Shown: one piece after another, positions 17,973 through 26,717 of the stretch | Layout of the letters: each line of letters opens with the position of its first letter | How positions within the stretch are numbered: the first letter of the stretch is position 1 | NCBI GenBank assembly: GCA_041659405.1 | Contig: JBAZYK010000005.1 | Location: 61,796-93,795, forward strand | Direction: 5' to 3' | Source: Candidatus Altimarinota bacterium | Lineage (GTDB): Bacteria; Patescibacteriota; Gracilibacteria; UBA1369 | DNA length: 32,000 bases | Translations under genes and position numbers: made by a program | Notes under the pieces: generated by a model | Databases searched by the model: none | What the model was told of the DNA's origin: nothing | What the model saw: only the letters and a program-made list of their open reading frames with translations

Positions 17973-18518
17973 TTATAATCCCAATTTTTTTCTGATTTCT
18001 TCGGCCTGGGCCTGATCGTTGCTCTGTTTTTCCTGGGCTTTTTGAGAAAGTTCAAGATCCATCCATTCGTCGTAATGCTGTTTTTCCAGTTTCTTCAGTT
18101 GTTCAACGTGCTTTGTTGAAAGTTCGGCGAATTTGCGTCGTTCCTCTTCAAAAATACGAATCAACTCATCAACTTGTGATTGTTTTAATTTTGGAATTGA
18201 CTCAATGATGCGCTTTTTTTCGTCTTTGGTAAGAGAAATCGATCCGGCCAAAAGATGAAGAAAATTTTGCTCATCAAACTTTAAAGTGTGATCAGGAACT
18301 TTGATGGCAATTATTTGTGGCAATTTAGAGCCAATTTGGAAATTAGCGGGAGTTGTGTCTTCTACCGGAGGTGGTGGCATCATTTGGCCGCCCATTCCCG
18401 GATTCATTCCCATTTGTTGAGAGGAAGCCTGGCCGAATTGTGGTTGAGCTGCCGGGTTTACTTGTTGCGAATTTTGTTGACCGTTACCGCTATTTTGAGG
18501 AATTGGTTGATCTGCCAT
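17973..18518 (-). CDS. Hypothetical protein, Gln/Pro-rich N-terminus and helical C-terminus
   Basis: NSGNGQQNSQQVNPAAQPQFGQASSQQ followed by a charged helical region. Confidence 0.6.
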   Translation of the reverse strand: MADQPIPQNSGNGQQNSQQVNPAAQPQFGQASSQQMGMNPGMGGQMMPPPPVEDTTPANFQIGSKLPQIIAIKVPDHTLKFDEQNFLHLLAGSISLTKDEKKRIIESIPKLKQSQVDELIRIFEEERRKFAELSTKHVEQLKKLEKQHYDEWMDLELSQKAQEKQSNDQAQAEEIRKKLGL

Positions 18519-18581
18519 AATAAAACTTTAAAAACTGATTATGATTTTAATGGAAAGGGGGCTTTAAGACAAGCTAACTTC

Positions 18582-18658
18582 TGGTGGAGATGAGAGGATT
18601 CGAACCTCTGGCCTCAACAATGTCAATGTTGCGCTCTAACCAACTGAGCTACACCTCC
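18582..18658 (-). tRNA. tRNA-Val (anticodon GAC), CCA encoded
   Basis: Minus strand GGAGGTGTAGCTCAGTTGGTTAGAGCGCAACATTGACATTGTTGAGGCCAGAGGTTCGAATCCTCTCATCTCCACCA. It has a full cloverleaf, anticodon loop TTGACAT and a GTTCGAAT T-loop. Confidence 0.97.
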
Positions 18659-18754
18659 ATGGACCATTTAGTAAAGATTTTAGACTTTTTTTAGAAATCG
18701 TTAATCTGTCTAGGGCAAAGTTATTGTACCAGAATGTTTTTATGAGTAAAGATC

Positions 18755-19594
18755 ATGCTTATGATTGATTGGCCAAAACTTGCCAAAAAAATTTGGAACA
18801 CGTTATTGGACTACATTTTTCCAAAATTTTGCCTTGGCTGTAACAAAGAAGGTTCATATTTCTGCACTGAATGTTTTAAAGGCGTAACGCTGCTAAAAGA
18901 ACAGGTATGTCCCATTTGTTACCGTAAAAATGGACTAAATGGCCGTGTCTGTAAATCATGCGAAAATGCTGATTTTTTTCTGGACGGCCTATGGTGCGCG
19001 AGTTCTTTTGAAAAAAATTCGTTACTCCGGCACTGCATCCATAGTTTTAAATATGAATTTATTGAAGAATTGGCTTTGCCTTTAGCCAAAATTTTGAGTC
19101 AAAGTTTTAATGAAACGAATGCTGAAAAACCGGATTTTGGAAACTGTCTGGAAAGTTTTTTTGAGCCAGCAGGTTTGATTTGTCCGGCGCCTTTGCATCC
19201 AAAAAGACAGCGATTTAGAGGCTTCAATCAAACAGAATTATTGGCTGATGAGTTTATAAAATTAAATCGGGGTGTCTTGCAAAAACAACAATTTTTGGAG
19301 CGCATTTATTATCACAAACCGCAAATGGAATTAAAACGGGAAGATCGAATTAAAAATGTGGAAAATGCTTTTCGGCTGAGCCCACAGATGAGTTTGCAGT
19401 GGGGCGCTGGAATGAGTTTTAAATGCAGCACTACAGGTGACACGTCTGAATTTTTGCCGGCCGAAATCCCCCAAAATGTGATTCTGCTTGATGATGTGGC
19501 TACAACTTTATCGACTTTGAATGCCTGCGCCAAAGCGCTTAAGAAGGCCGGTGTAAAGCAAGTTTGGGGGCTTGTTTTGGCACGAGTTTTTTAG
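18755..19594 (+). CDS. comF: ComF family phosphoribosyltransferase-like protein
   Basis: N-terminal CxxC pairs (CLGC, CTEC, CPIC, CKSC), RFRGFNQTELLADEF, and PRPP-loop-like NVILLDDVATTLSTLNACAKALKKAG. Confidence 0.88.
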   Translation: MLMIDWPKLAKKIWNTLLDYIFPKFCLGCNKEGSYFCTECFKGVTLLKEQVCPICYRKNGLNGRVCKSCENADFFLDGLWCASSFEKNSLLRHCIHSFKYEFIEELALPLAKILSQSFNETNAEKPDFGNCLESFFEPAGLICPAPLHPKRQRFRGFNQTELLADEFIKLNRGVLQKQQFLERIYYHKPQMELKREDRIKNVENAFRLSPQMSLQWGAGMSFKCSTTGDTSEFLPAEIPQNVILLDDVATTLSTLNACAKALKKAGVKQVWGLVLARVF

Positions 19595-19651
19595 GATTTT
19601 CCCAATTTTTCGGTGGGGAGTATAATACAATCGATTTCTAATGTGCAGTTT

Positions 19652-20764
19652 ATGATTCTTGGGATTGACGCATCGCGTTTTAGTCATCCGGAAGCCACGG
19701 GCGTGGAATGGTACAGCTATCATTTGTTGAATGCTTTGTTCCCTTTGCTGGGCCGCGATCACAATGTGGAGGTTCGTCTGTATGCGCCGAAAGATTTTAA
19801 ACCGCTGGAAGACCTGCCTTTTAACGTGCACAAGCGCATTATCCCCTTTCCACGATTTTGGACCGTGATTCGTCTTTCACTGGAAATGATTTTAAGACCG
19901 GTGGATATTTTGTTTGTACCTTCGCACACTTTGCCTTTAATTGGAGCCAAAAAATCGATCATCATGATTCATGATGTGGCTTTCAAACATTTAAAAAATT
20001 CTTATCATTGGTTTCAACATTGGCTGCTGGATCACACCACAAAAAAGGCTGTGAAAAAGGCTTATCGCATCCTGGTGCCGAGTGAAGCCACCAAAAAAGA
20101 TCTGATTGAGTTTTATAAATGTAAGCCGGAAAAAATTGTGGTTATTCCGCATGGTGCTCCCGAAATTTCACCTTTGCAAATTTGGAAAACGACCGAAAAA
20201 CAGGAATATTTTAAACAGTTTCATTTGGAGGATAACGATCTTTACGTTTTGTATGTGGGCAGACTTGAAAGTAAAAAAAACCTGGAGCGTTTGATTGAAG
20301 CTTTTAATCGATTCTTAAGGGAATTCCCGGATTGGAAACTGGTTTTGGCCGGCAAAAGAGGTGTTGGTTTTGAGCAAATCTGGAAAGTTGTTCAACAATT
20401 TCAACTCGAAAAAAATGTGGTTATGCCGGGGTATATCACAGAAAAAGAGAAGGCGTTTTTGTTTGACCACTGCCGAATTTTTGCTTTCCCTTCTTTATAT
20501 GAAGGATTTGGTTTGCCGGTTTTGGAAGCTTTTGCGCATCGTCGACCGGTGCTGACGTCTAAAACATCGTCGCTGCCGGAAGTGGCCGGTGACGCGGCTT
20601 ATCTTGTTAATCCGGAAAAGGTTGAAGAAATCAGTGTTGGCTTAAAACGGCTTGTTGCCGATGGAATTCTGGCGAGTCGCCTGATTCAAAAAGGTGACGT
20701 GCAACTGAAAAAATTCGACTGGGAAAAGTCCGCAAAAAAAACTGCGGAGGTTTTGCTTGGATAA
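19652..20764 (+). CDS. Glycosyltransferase, GT4/GT1 family
   Basis: MILGIDASRFSHPEATGVEWYSYHLL, VLYVGRLESKKNLERLIEAF, FAFPSLYEGFGLPVLEAFAHRRPVLTSKTSSLPEVAGDAA. Confidence 0.92.
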   Translation: MILGIDASRFSHPEATGVEWYSYHLLNALFPLLGRDHNVEVRLYAPKDFKPLEDLPFNVHKRIIPFPRFWTVIRLSLEMILRPVDILFVPSHTLPLIGAKKSIIMIHDVAFKHLKNSYHWFQHWLLDHTTKKAVKKAYRILVPSEATKKDLIEFYKCKPEKIVVIPHGAPEISPLQIWKTTEKQEYFKQFHLEDNDLYVLYVGRLESKKNLERLIEAFNRFLREFPDWKLVLAGKRGVGFEQIWKVVQQFQLEKNVVMPGYITEKEKAFLFDHCRIFAFPSLYEGFGLPVLEAFAHRRPVLTSKTSSLPEVAGDAAYLVNPEKVEEISVGLKRLVADGILASRLIQKGDVQLKKFDWEKSAKKTAEVLLG

Positions 20765-20828
20765 ATTTGGGAAAGATGATTCTGGAAGCTGGACTTGGGA
20801 ATTAGGATTTCGGAAATATGTGCCCTCA

Positions 20829-21530
20829 TTAATAATGAAAGCGGTAGATTTTGCCGTTTGTTACAGCCGGCTCAGTTACCTTTAATCCGATGTGGTCGCC
20901 TTTTTGGGCGAAGGGAACCGGTTCGCGGTCGATTTGAATTTCTTCCACTTTTTGAAATGACAAAAAGTTTTCGCCGGTAATTGCAATCGTGTCGCCTTGT
21001 TTAAGCGTTCCGGAAAGCATAATGATGGCAACATTTATTTTGGAAATATATTGCGTAACTGTGCCAACGCAAACCATTTTTGGAGGGAGATTTGTTGGCT
21101 GATGCTCGGGAAAATTTGCATTTTGAGAGTATGAAAAATTTTCCTGTTTTGCAGGCTGGATTGGCTCAATCATTGGCGCATGGACTTGCCCGTAGGACGG
21201 TGCGATATAAGGTTCTAAAAAATCCGGACGATCAAAGATGGAGCTGACCGGTTTTTGATAACTGCTGCCATAAGAATTCTGCTCAAGTGAGTTTTGATTG
21301 AGTGAATTTGAAGTCCGGACTTTGCGCGCTCTTCTAGTTCTAGCTAAGCCAGTTCTGTTAACTGTTTTAGTTTTGATTGGAGCAAGCGCCCTTTTTGAAT
21401 TATGTTTTAGGCCGGCCTCTTTGCGATCGAGAGCGGTTAAAATAAGCCTTTGTTTAACTTGCGAAACAATCGCCTTATTGCGCATGAATGCGGGAATTTT
21501 TAATCGGTCTGGATCGTTTTTATTTTGCAT
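20829..21530 (-). CDS. Hypothetical protein with C-terminal translation-factor domain-2-like beta barrel
   Basis: The last ~80 residues (KMVCVGTVTQYISKINVAIIMLSGTLKQGDTIAITG...PVPFAQKGDHIGLKV) follow the EF-Tu-domain-2-like pattern. The N-terminus is basic and low-complexity. Confidence 0.6.
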   Translation of the reverse strand: MQNKNDPDRLKIPAFMRNKAIVSQVKQRLILTALDRKEAGLKHNSKRALAPIKTKTVNRTGLARTRRARKVRTSNSLNQNSLEQNSYGSSYQKPVSSIFDRPDFLEPYIAPSYGQVHAPMIEPIQPAKQENFSYSQNANFPEHQPTNLPPKMVCVGTVTQYISKINVAIIMLSGTLKQGDTIAITGENFLSFQKVEEIQIDREPVPFAQKGDHIGLKVTEPAVTNGKIYRFHY

Positions 21531-21674
21531 AAAAAATTAACGAGGGATTTTTCAGCGAATTGTTCTGGTTTGATTATAGGCGCACTTGTTTTTATGATCA
21601 AGATCCTAAAAATGCACCATTTGTTCTGCGCGCCGGAACGTTGTATCCTGTAATCAGCATTTTATTTTGAGTCC

Positions 21675-23534
21675 ATGGACAATCAAAAAATCGCACAAAT
21701 TTTTCAGGAGATTGGTGATATTCTTGATATTCAGGGCGAAAATCGATTCAGAGTTTTGGCTTACAATAAAGCTGCGCAGGAAATTGCCAACTGGCCAAGA
21801 GAAATGTCCGATGTTTTAAATGAAAATCCCAAAAAACTGGAAGAAATTCCGGGAATCGGCAAAGATCTGGCGCTAAAAATTGTGGAAATGTTAAAAACCG
21901 GAAAGTGCCAATATCATGAAGATTTATTGAAAAAATTTGATAAAGGTCTGCTGCAGATTTTGCGTTTGCGGGGTGTCGGTCCCAAAAAAGTTAAACTTTT
22001 TTATTCGTCTCTCCAAATTAATAATATTGAAAAATTGCGCGCGGCGGCAACGGCGGGAATGCTGCGCGATCTTCCGGGAATGGGCGAAAAAAGCGAACAG
22101 GAAATTTTAAAAAGTCTGGAAGAATACGACAAGCACACGGACAGAATGTTGCTTTCTGATGCGATGCACCAGGTTGAGAAAATTATTGCCTATTTAAAAA
22201 AATGTCCGCTGGTGAAGCGAGTTGAGTATGCGGGAAGTTTGCGCAGACGGAAGGAAACAATTGGCGATCTGGATATTTTGGTGGCGACAAAAAATCCCGC
22301 TAAAGATGCGGAAAAAATCATGGATTATTTTGTGAAATATCCGGAGATGGATAAAGTCATTGGCAAAGGCGAAACCAAGACTTCAATTATTTTAAAATCA
22401 GGGGTGCAATCCGATTTGCGTGTGCTGGATGAGAAAATTTTTGGAGCGGCGTTGCATTATTTTACAGGATCAAAAGATCACAATATTGTAATTCGCGATA
22501 AGGCAAAAAAAATGGGGCTTAAAATCAGTGAATATGGCGTTTTTAGGTTAGAAAAAGCGCGCGGAGGAAAAGAGCCGCGTGAAATTTTGATTGGCGGAAA
22601 AACGGAAGAAGAAATTTTTAAAGCTGTTGGTCTTCCGTATATAGAGCCGGAAATGCGTGAAAATCGTGGAGAATTCCAGGCTGCGGAAAAAGGGAAACTC
22701 CCAAAATTAATTCGCTATGAAGATTTGCGCGGAGATCTGCACGTACACAGCAAATGGAGTGATGGGGCGTGTTCAATCGAGGAAATTGCGCGGGCTTATC
22801 GTGATGCCGGTTTTGAGTATATCGCGCTGACTGATCATTCCCCTGCCGTGACGGTTGCGCATGGACTGAGCGCGGATAGATTTGAATTGCAGTGGGATGA
22901 AATTGATGCGATCAATAAAGATTTGGCTAAGGAGGCCGCGGAGTGGGCAAACAATGGAGGTAAAAAGAATACGCTACAGCAAAATAACGATGGTAAAGCG
23001 TCGTCGGACAAGCCGCCGCTGCCGTTCACTATTTTAAAAGGCGTGGAATGTGACATTAAACCGGATGGAACGATGGATCTGCCGAACAGCGTTTTGAAGC
23101 ATTTTGATGTGGTGGTGGCCTCGATTCATTCGCGTTTTAATATGAGTCTAAAAGAGCAGACCGAACGCGTTTTAAAGGCTTTTAAAAATCCTTATGTCAC
23201 GATTTTTGGACATCCGAGTGGAAGATTAATAAATCAGCGCGAACCTTATGAAATCGATATGGAAGCGGTAATTAACGCGGCCGTGGAACACGATATTTGT
23301 CTGGAAATTGACGGCCAGCCCGATCGCCTGGATCTGTTTGATTTTTACTGCAAAATGGCCAAAGAAAAAGGCGCAAAATTCACCGTGGATTCCGATTCGC
23401 ACCATACCAATCAAATGACTTACTTAAATTTTGCCCTTGCTGTTGCCAAACGCGGCTGGCTGGAAAAAAGCGATGTGATGAACACAATGGGCCTGAAAGA
23501 TTTGAAAAAGTTTTTAATAAAGCGTAAGGGGTGA
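21675..23534 (+). CDS. polX: DNA polymerase/3'-5' exonuclease PolX (PolX + PHP domains)
   Basis: HhH segments (LEEIPGIGKDLALKIVEML, LRLRGVGPKKVKLFY), nucleotidyltransferase GSLRRRKETIGDLDILV, and PHP DLHVHSKWSDGACSIEEIARAYRDAGFEYIALTDHS. Confidence 0.95.
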   Translation: MDNQKIAQIFQEIGDILDIQGENRFRVLAYNKAAQEIANWPREMSDVLNENPKKLEEIPGIGKDLALKIVEMLKTGKCQYHEDLLKKFDKGLLQILRLRGVGPKKVKLFYSSLQINNIEKLRAAATAGMLRDLPGMGEKSEQEILKSLEEYDKHTDRMLLSDAMHQVEKIIAYLKKCPLVKRVEYAGSLRRRKETIGDLDILVATKNPAKDAEKIMDYFVKYPEMDKVIGKGETKTSIILKSGVQSDLRVLDEKIFGAALHYFTGSKDHNIVIRDKAKKMGLKISEYGVFRLEKARGGKEPREILIGGKTEEEIFKAVGLPYIEPEMRENRGEFQAAEKGKLPKLIRYEDLRGDLHVHSKWSDGACSIEEIARAYRDAGFEYIALTDHSPAVTVAHGLSADRFELQWDEIDAINKDLAKEAAEWANNGGKKNTLQQNNDGKASSDKPPLPFTILKGVECDIKPDGTMDLPNSVLKHFDVVVASIHSRFNMSLKEQTERVLKAFKNPYVTIFGHPSGRLINQREPYEIDMEAVINAAVEHDICLEIDGQPDRLDLFDFYCKMAKEKGAKFTVDSDSHHTNQMTYLNFALAVAKRGWLEKSDVMNTMGLKDLKKFLIKRKG

Positions 23535-23559
23535 GTGACACTCACCTATGAAAACCCCT
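23527..23559 (+). other. Stem-loop immediately after polX
   Basis: GGTGAGTG-A-CACTCACC (23530-23546) nested within AGGGGT...ACCCCT (23527-23532 / 23554-23559). No strong T tract. Confidence 0.5.
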
Positions 23560-23571
23560 GAAACATTCAAC

Positions 23572-23601
23572 TTGCATTATTAACTGTATGCGCGTTAGAA
23601 T
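23572..23601 (+). promoter_or_regulatory. Putative sigma70-type promoter for the restriction-modification locus
   Basis: TTGCAT (23572-23577), 18-nt spacer, TAGAAT (23596-23601), 18 bp upstream of the hsdM ORF start. Confidence 0.5.
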
Positions 23602-23618
23602 GAGACAGTTTTTTAATT

Positions 23619-25316
23619 TTGAAAAAAATGCGCCAAGAGATTCAAGAAAAACTCAAAAACATGCCTAATTTGCTTTCTATAGGCCAAGTTTCGGAGATTT
23701 TTGCAATCCATCCGGACACGCTTAGGAATTGGGAGAAAGAAGGCATTCTCGTGCCGTTGCGTTTCGGGCCACGCAAAGATCGCAAATACCGACCACAAGA
23801 TATTGAAGCAATTGTGGATAAGGTCGGCAGCCAACTGACTCTTCCTCAACTCGAAAGATTTTTGTGGAAAAGTGCGGATATTCTTCGCGGAAAGATCGAC
23901 AGTTCAGATTATAAAAAATATATTTTTGGGTTACTTTTTTACAAACGCATCAGTGATGTTTGGGATGAGGAACATGAAAAAGTAATGAGCGAGTTCAATG
24001 ATGAAAATCTTGCTAAAGCCGATTACAATCACCGTTTTCAGGTTACGGAAGACTGTAAATGGTCGGTCATAACGCAGCAGGCTGAAAATATTGGACCAAA
24101 ACTTAATGAAATTTTTGATAAGCTTACAAATGCCAACAGCCCAAAGCTTGATAAGATTTTTGATGATCTGGATTTTGCCAATAAGGACAAATTCCCGAAT
24201 GAAACACTTCAAAAGCTGATCAACCATTTTTCGCAGTATAGCTTTGCCAGCAATTATATCAGTTCGGATTTGCTTGGTGATGCTTATGAATATTTGATCA
24301 AACAATTTGCGGCCGATGCCGGCAAAAAAGGTGGTGAATTTTACACCCCGCGTGAAGTTGAACGCGTTATTATCGAGATCCTCAAGCCAAAAGAAAAAGA
24401 TCATATTTATGACCCAACAGTTGGCTCCGGCGGTTTTTTGTTGGAGTCTTATCATTATCTTAAAGCAAAGGCTGGCGAAAAAATTGCTAATACACTTTAT
24501 CTTTATGGGCAGGAAGCCAATCTTGGAACCTTTGCTATTTCCAAAATCAACATGTTCTTACACGGCCTTGATAGTGCCGATATTCGTCGAGGTGATACTT
24601 TAGCCAATCCTCAATTTTTAGATGACCTTGGGGCTTTGCAAAAGTTTGATATCGTAGTGGCAAACCCGCCGTATTCAATTAAAGAATGGGCAACGGATTT
24701 TTTTAGAACTAATAAGTTTGGTCGGCTTCAGGGCTACGATATGCCACCTGAAAAGAATGCCGATTATGCATTTATTCTGCATATTTTGAAATCACTTAAA
24801 TCAAATGGTCGTGCGGGCGTTGTGCTTCCTCATGGTGTACTTTTTCGTGGTGGCAGTGAAGGAAGAATCCGCGAACAGATCATCAAAAACGATTTACTGG
24901 AATGTGTTATTTCCATGCCTGCAAAACTTTTTTATGGTGTTGGAATTCCGGTTGCAATTTTAATTTTTAATCCCAGTAAACCGGACCACAAAAAGAATAA
25001 GATTATGTTTATCGAAGCCGAAAAAGATTATCTGGAAGGCAAAAATCAGAATTCACTGCGCAAACAGGATATTGATAAAATCGTTGGTACTTATGATTCC
25101 TGGAAAGACGTTGAAAAAATCGCCCGAATTGTGGATCTGAAAGAAATTGAAGGAAATGAATTCAACCTCAACGTTCGCCGTTACATTGATACGAGCGTGG
25201 AAGAAGAAAAGATCGATGTGGCTGCCGTTTGGCAGGAATTGCAAACCCTTGAACAAGACCGCGAAAAAATTGACCAGCAGGTGGCGAGTTATCTTAAAGA
25301 ACTTAAATATTTTTAA
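23619..25316 (+). CDS. hsdM: Type I restriction-modification methyltransferase subunit (HsdM) with N-terminal MerR-type HTH
   Basis: DPTVGSGGFLLESYHYL and FDIVVANPPYSIKEW N6-adenine methylase motifs. N-terminal NLLSIGQVSEIFAIHPDTLRNWEKEGILVPLRFGPRKDRKYRPQDIEAI is a MerR-like DNA-binding domain. Confidence 0.95.
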   Translation: MKKMRQEIQEKLKNMPNLLSIGQVSEIFAIHPDTLRNWEKEGILVPLRFGPRKDRKYRPQDIEAIVDKVGSQLTLPQLERFLWKSADILRGKIDSSDYKKYIFGLLFYKRISDVWDEEHEKVMSEFNDENLAKADYNHRFQVTEDCKWSVITQQAENIGPKLNEIFDKLTNANSPKLDKIFDDLDFANKDKFPNETLQKLINHFSQYSFASNYISSDLLGDAYEYLIKQFAADAGKKGGEFYTPREVERVIIEILKPKEKDHIYDPTVGSGGFLLESYHYLKAKAGEKIANTLYLYGQEANLGTFAISKINMFLHGLDSADIRRGDTLANPQFLDDLGALQKFDIVVANPPYSIKEWATDFFRTNKFGRLQGYDMPPEKNADYAFILHILKSLKSNGRAGVVLPHGVLFRGGSEGRIREQIIKNDLLECVISMPAKLFYGVGIPVAILIFNPSKPDHKKNKIMFIEAEKDYLEGKNQNSLRKQDIDKIVGTYDSWKDVEKIARIVDLKEIEGNEFNLNVRRYIDTSVEEEKIDVAAVWQELQTLEQDREKIDQQVASYLKELKYF

Positions 25317-25943
25317 ATGGCTTATATATTTTTAGATGAAAGTGGAGATCTTGGATTTGGGAAAAAATCATCAAAGTTTTTTGTTATAACATTTCTTTTT
25401 GTTGAAAATAAAAGAGTTATCGAGAAGGTTGTTTCAAAAACTCATGCAGAACTTAAAAAAATACATCGAACAAAAAGTGGGATACTGCATTGCTTCCACG
25501 AAAAACCGATTACTCGTCAAAGACTTTTAGCAAGAATAGCTCAAAAGAACTGTATGATTATGACTATTTACCTTGAAAAAGAGAAAGTTTATACAAAATT
25601 ACCTGATGAAAAAATTGTTCTTTATAATTATGTAGCAAACATCCTCCTTGATCGTATTTTTAGCAAAAAGCTTCATGGTGATCATAAAGTCATTTTGATA
25701 GCTTCCAGAAAAGAAACTAACAAATTTTTAAATGAAAATTTCAAAAATTATCTTTCAAGTCAGATAAAAAATAATCATCAGATTGATCTGCAAATAGAAA
25801 TCAAGACGCCACATGATGAAAAAGCACTGCAAGCTGTCGATTTTATCAGCTGGTCAATTTATAGAAAATACGAATATAAAGATCACAATTATTACGATCT
25901 TTTTAAAGAAAAAATCGTGGAAGAAAACCCACTGTATAAATAA
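25317..25943 (+). CDS. DUF3800-like protein
   Basis: MAYIFLDESGDLGFGKKSSKFFVITFLFV (conserved DESG start) and late acidic block DEKALQAVDFISWSIYRKYE. Confidence 0.8.
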   Translation: MAYIFLDESGDLGFGKKSSKFFVITFLFVENKRVIEKVVSKTHAELKKIHRTKSGILHCFHEKPITRQRLLARIAQKNCMIMTIYLEKEKVYTKLPDEKIVLYNYVANILLDRIFSKKLHGDHKVILIASRKETNKFLNENFKNYLSSQIKNNHQIDLQIEIKTPHDEKALQAVDFISWSIYRKYEYKDHNYYDLFKEKIVEENPLYK

Positions 25944-26016
25944 CAAAACCCCTTATGCTATTTACGAGCAACCATTCCGGAAGCCCACATAAGAGGAATT
26001 ACTTGTTCTGGTAATA

Positions 26017-26034
26017 GTATAGCGTGGACTATAC
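26017..26034. other. Short hairpin in the DUF3800-to-ORF gap
   Basis: GTATAG-CGTGGA-CTATAC, 6-bp perfect stem. Confidence 0.4.
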
Positions 26035-26079
26035 CTTGCGGTCAATATCTATAACATTATGAAATTATATAAATAAATT

Positions 26080-26244
26080 ATGGATACCAATTTAATGCTA
26101 ATATCTCACAATAAAAAATTTGACGAAATAAAAGTTAAATCAGCCTTTACATTGGGTAGACAAGATGTTGTGGATCATCTTGCTGATATCAGCAAAGTGA
26201 TCGTGGGGTGGGTACAATTTGTACCTATCCTTGACGCAAAATGA
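26080..26244 (+). CDS. Possible small ORF (54 aa)
   Basis: MDTNLMLISHNKKFDEIKVKSAFTLGRQDVVDHLADISKVIVGWVQFVPILDAK, below the track length cut-off. No family recognised. Confidence 0.3.
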   Translation: MDTNLMLISHNKKFDEIKVKSAFTLGRQDVVDHLADISKVIVGWVQFVPILDAK

Positions 26245-26283
26245 GATGTAAATATGGGCTAGATGGTATTATTTGAATCAATT

Positions 26284-26715
26284 ATGGAATTTAAAAAATT
26301 TAAACCTATGAGTATCTACGATGCCGCCAAGGATGCCGCTAAAATCCTACAGGAAGCAGGAAAAATCAATGAATATCAAAAAATTCTTGATTTGATCGAT
26401 GATTCATTAAACAAAAGGCATAAGATTGATGAGCTCGAAATGGAAAATCGTGAACTCAAAGAAAAGTTGAAGACCAAAGATGCTTATAGCTTCAAAAATA
26501 ACGCTTATTGGCATAAAGAAACTGGCGATGGCCCTTTTTGTTCAAGATGTTTTGATAAGCATAAGGATTTGATTAGGATTATTCCTGATTCTAACAACAG
26601 CAGTTGGGCCAAATGCCCTGAATGTAAAAATAGCGTTAATTACACGGGAAAAGAGGTGAAGCCACGAAGTTACAATGTCTCTGGCGAACATTTTGATCGA
26701 TTTTCAGCTATTTAA
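26284..26715 (+). CDS. Conserved-looking small zinc-ribbon-like protein with leading coiled coil
   Basis: MEFKKFKPMSIYDAAKDAAKILQEAGKI...ELEMENRELKEKLK...FCSRCFD...KCPECKNS. Start chosen at MEFKKF; the track start is 26263. Confidence 0.7.
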   Translation: MEFKKFKPMSIYDAAKDAAKILQEAGKINEYQKILDLIDDSLNKRHKIDELEMENRELKEKLKTKDAYSFKNNAYWHKETGDGPFCSRCFDKHKDLIRIIPDSNNSSWAKCPECKNSVNYTGKEVKPRSYNVSGEHFDRFSAI

Positions 26716-26717
26716 AT

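Noticed and set aside
24307-24603. Plus-strand ORF 24307..24603 and minus-strand ORFs 23613..23849, 23931..24455 and 25053..25256
   Set aside because: They lie within hsdM, whose methylase motifs are intact. These are shadow ORFs.
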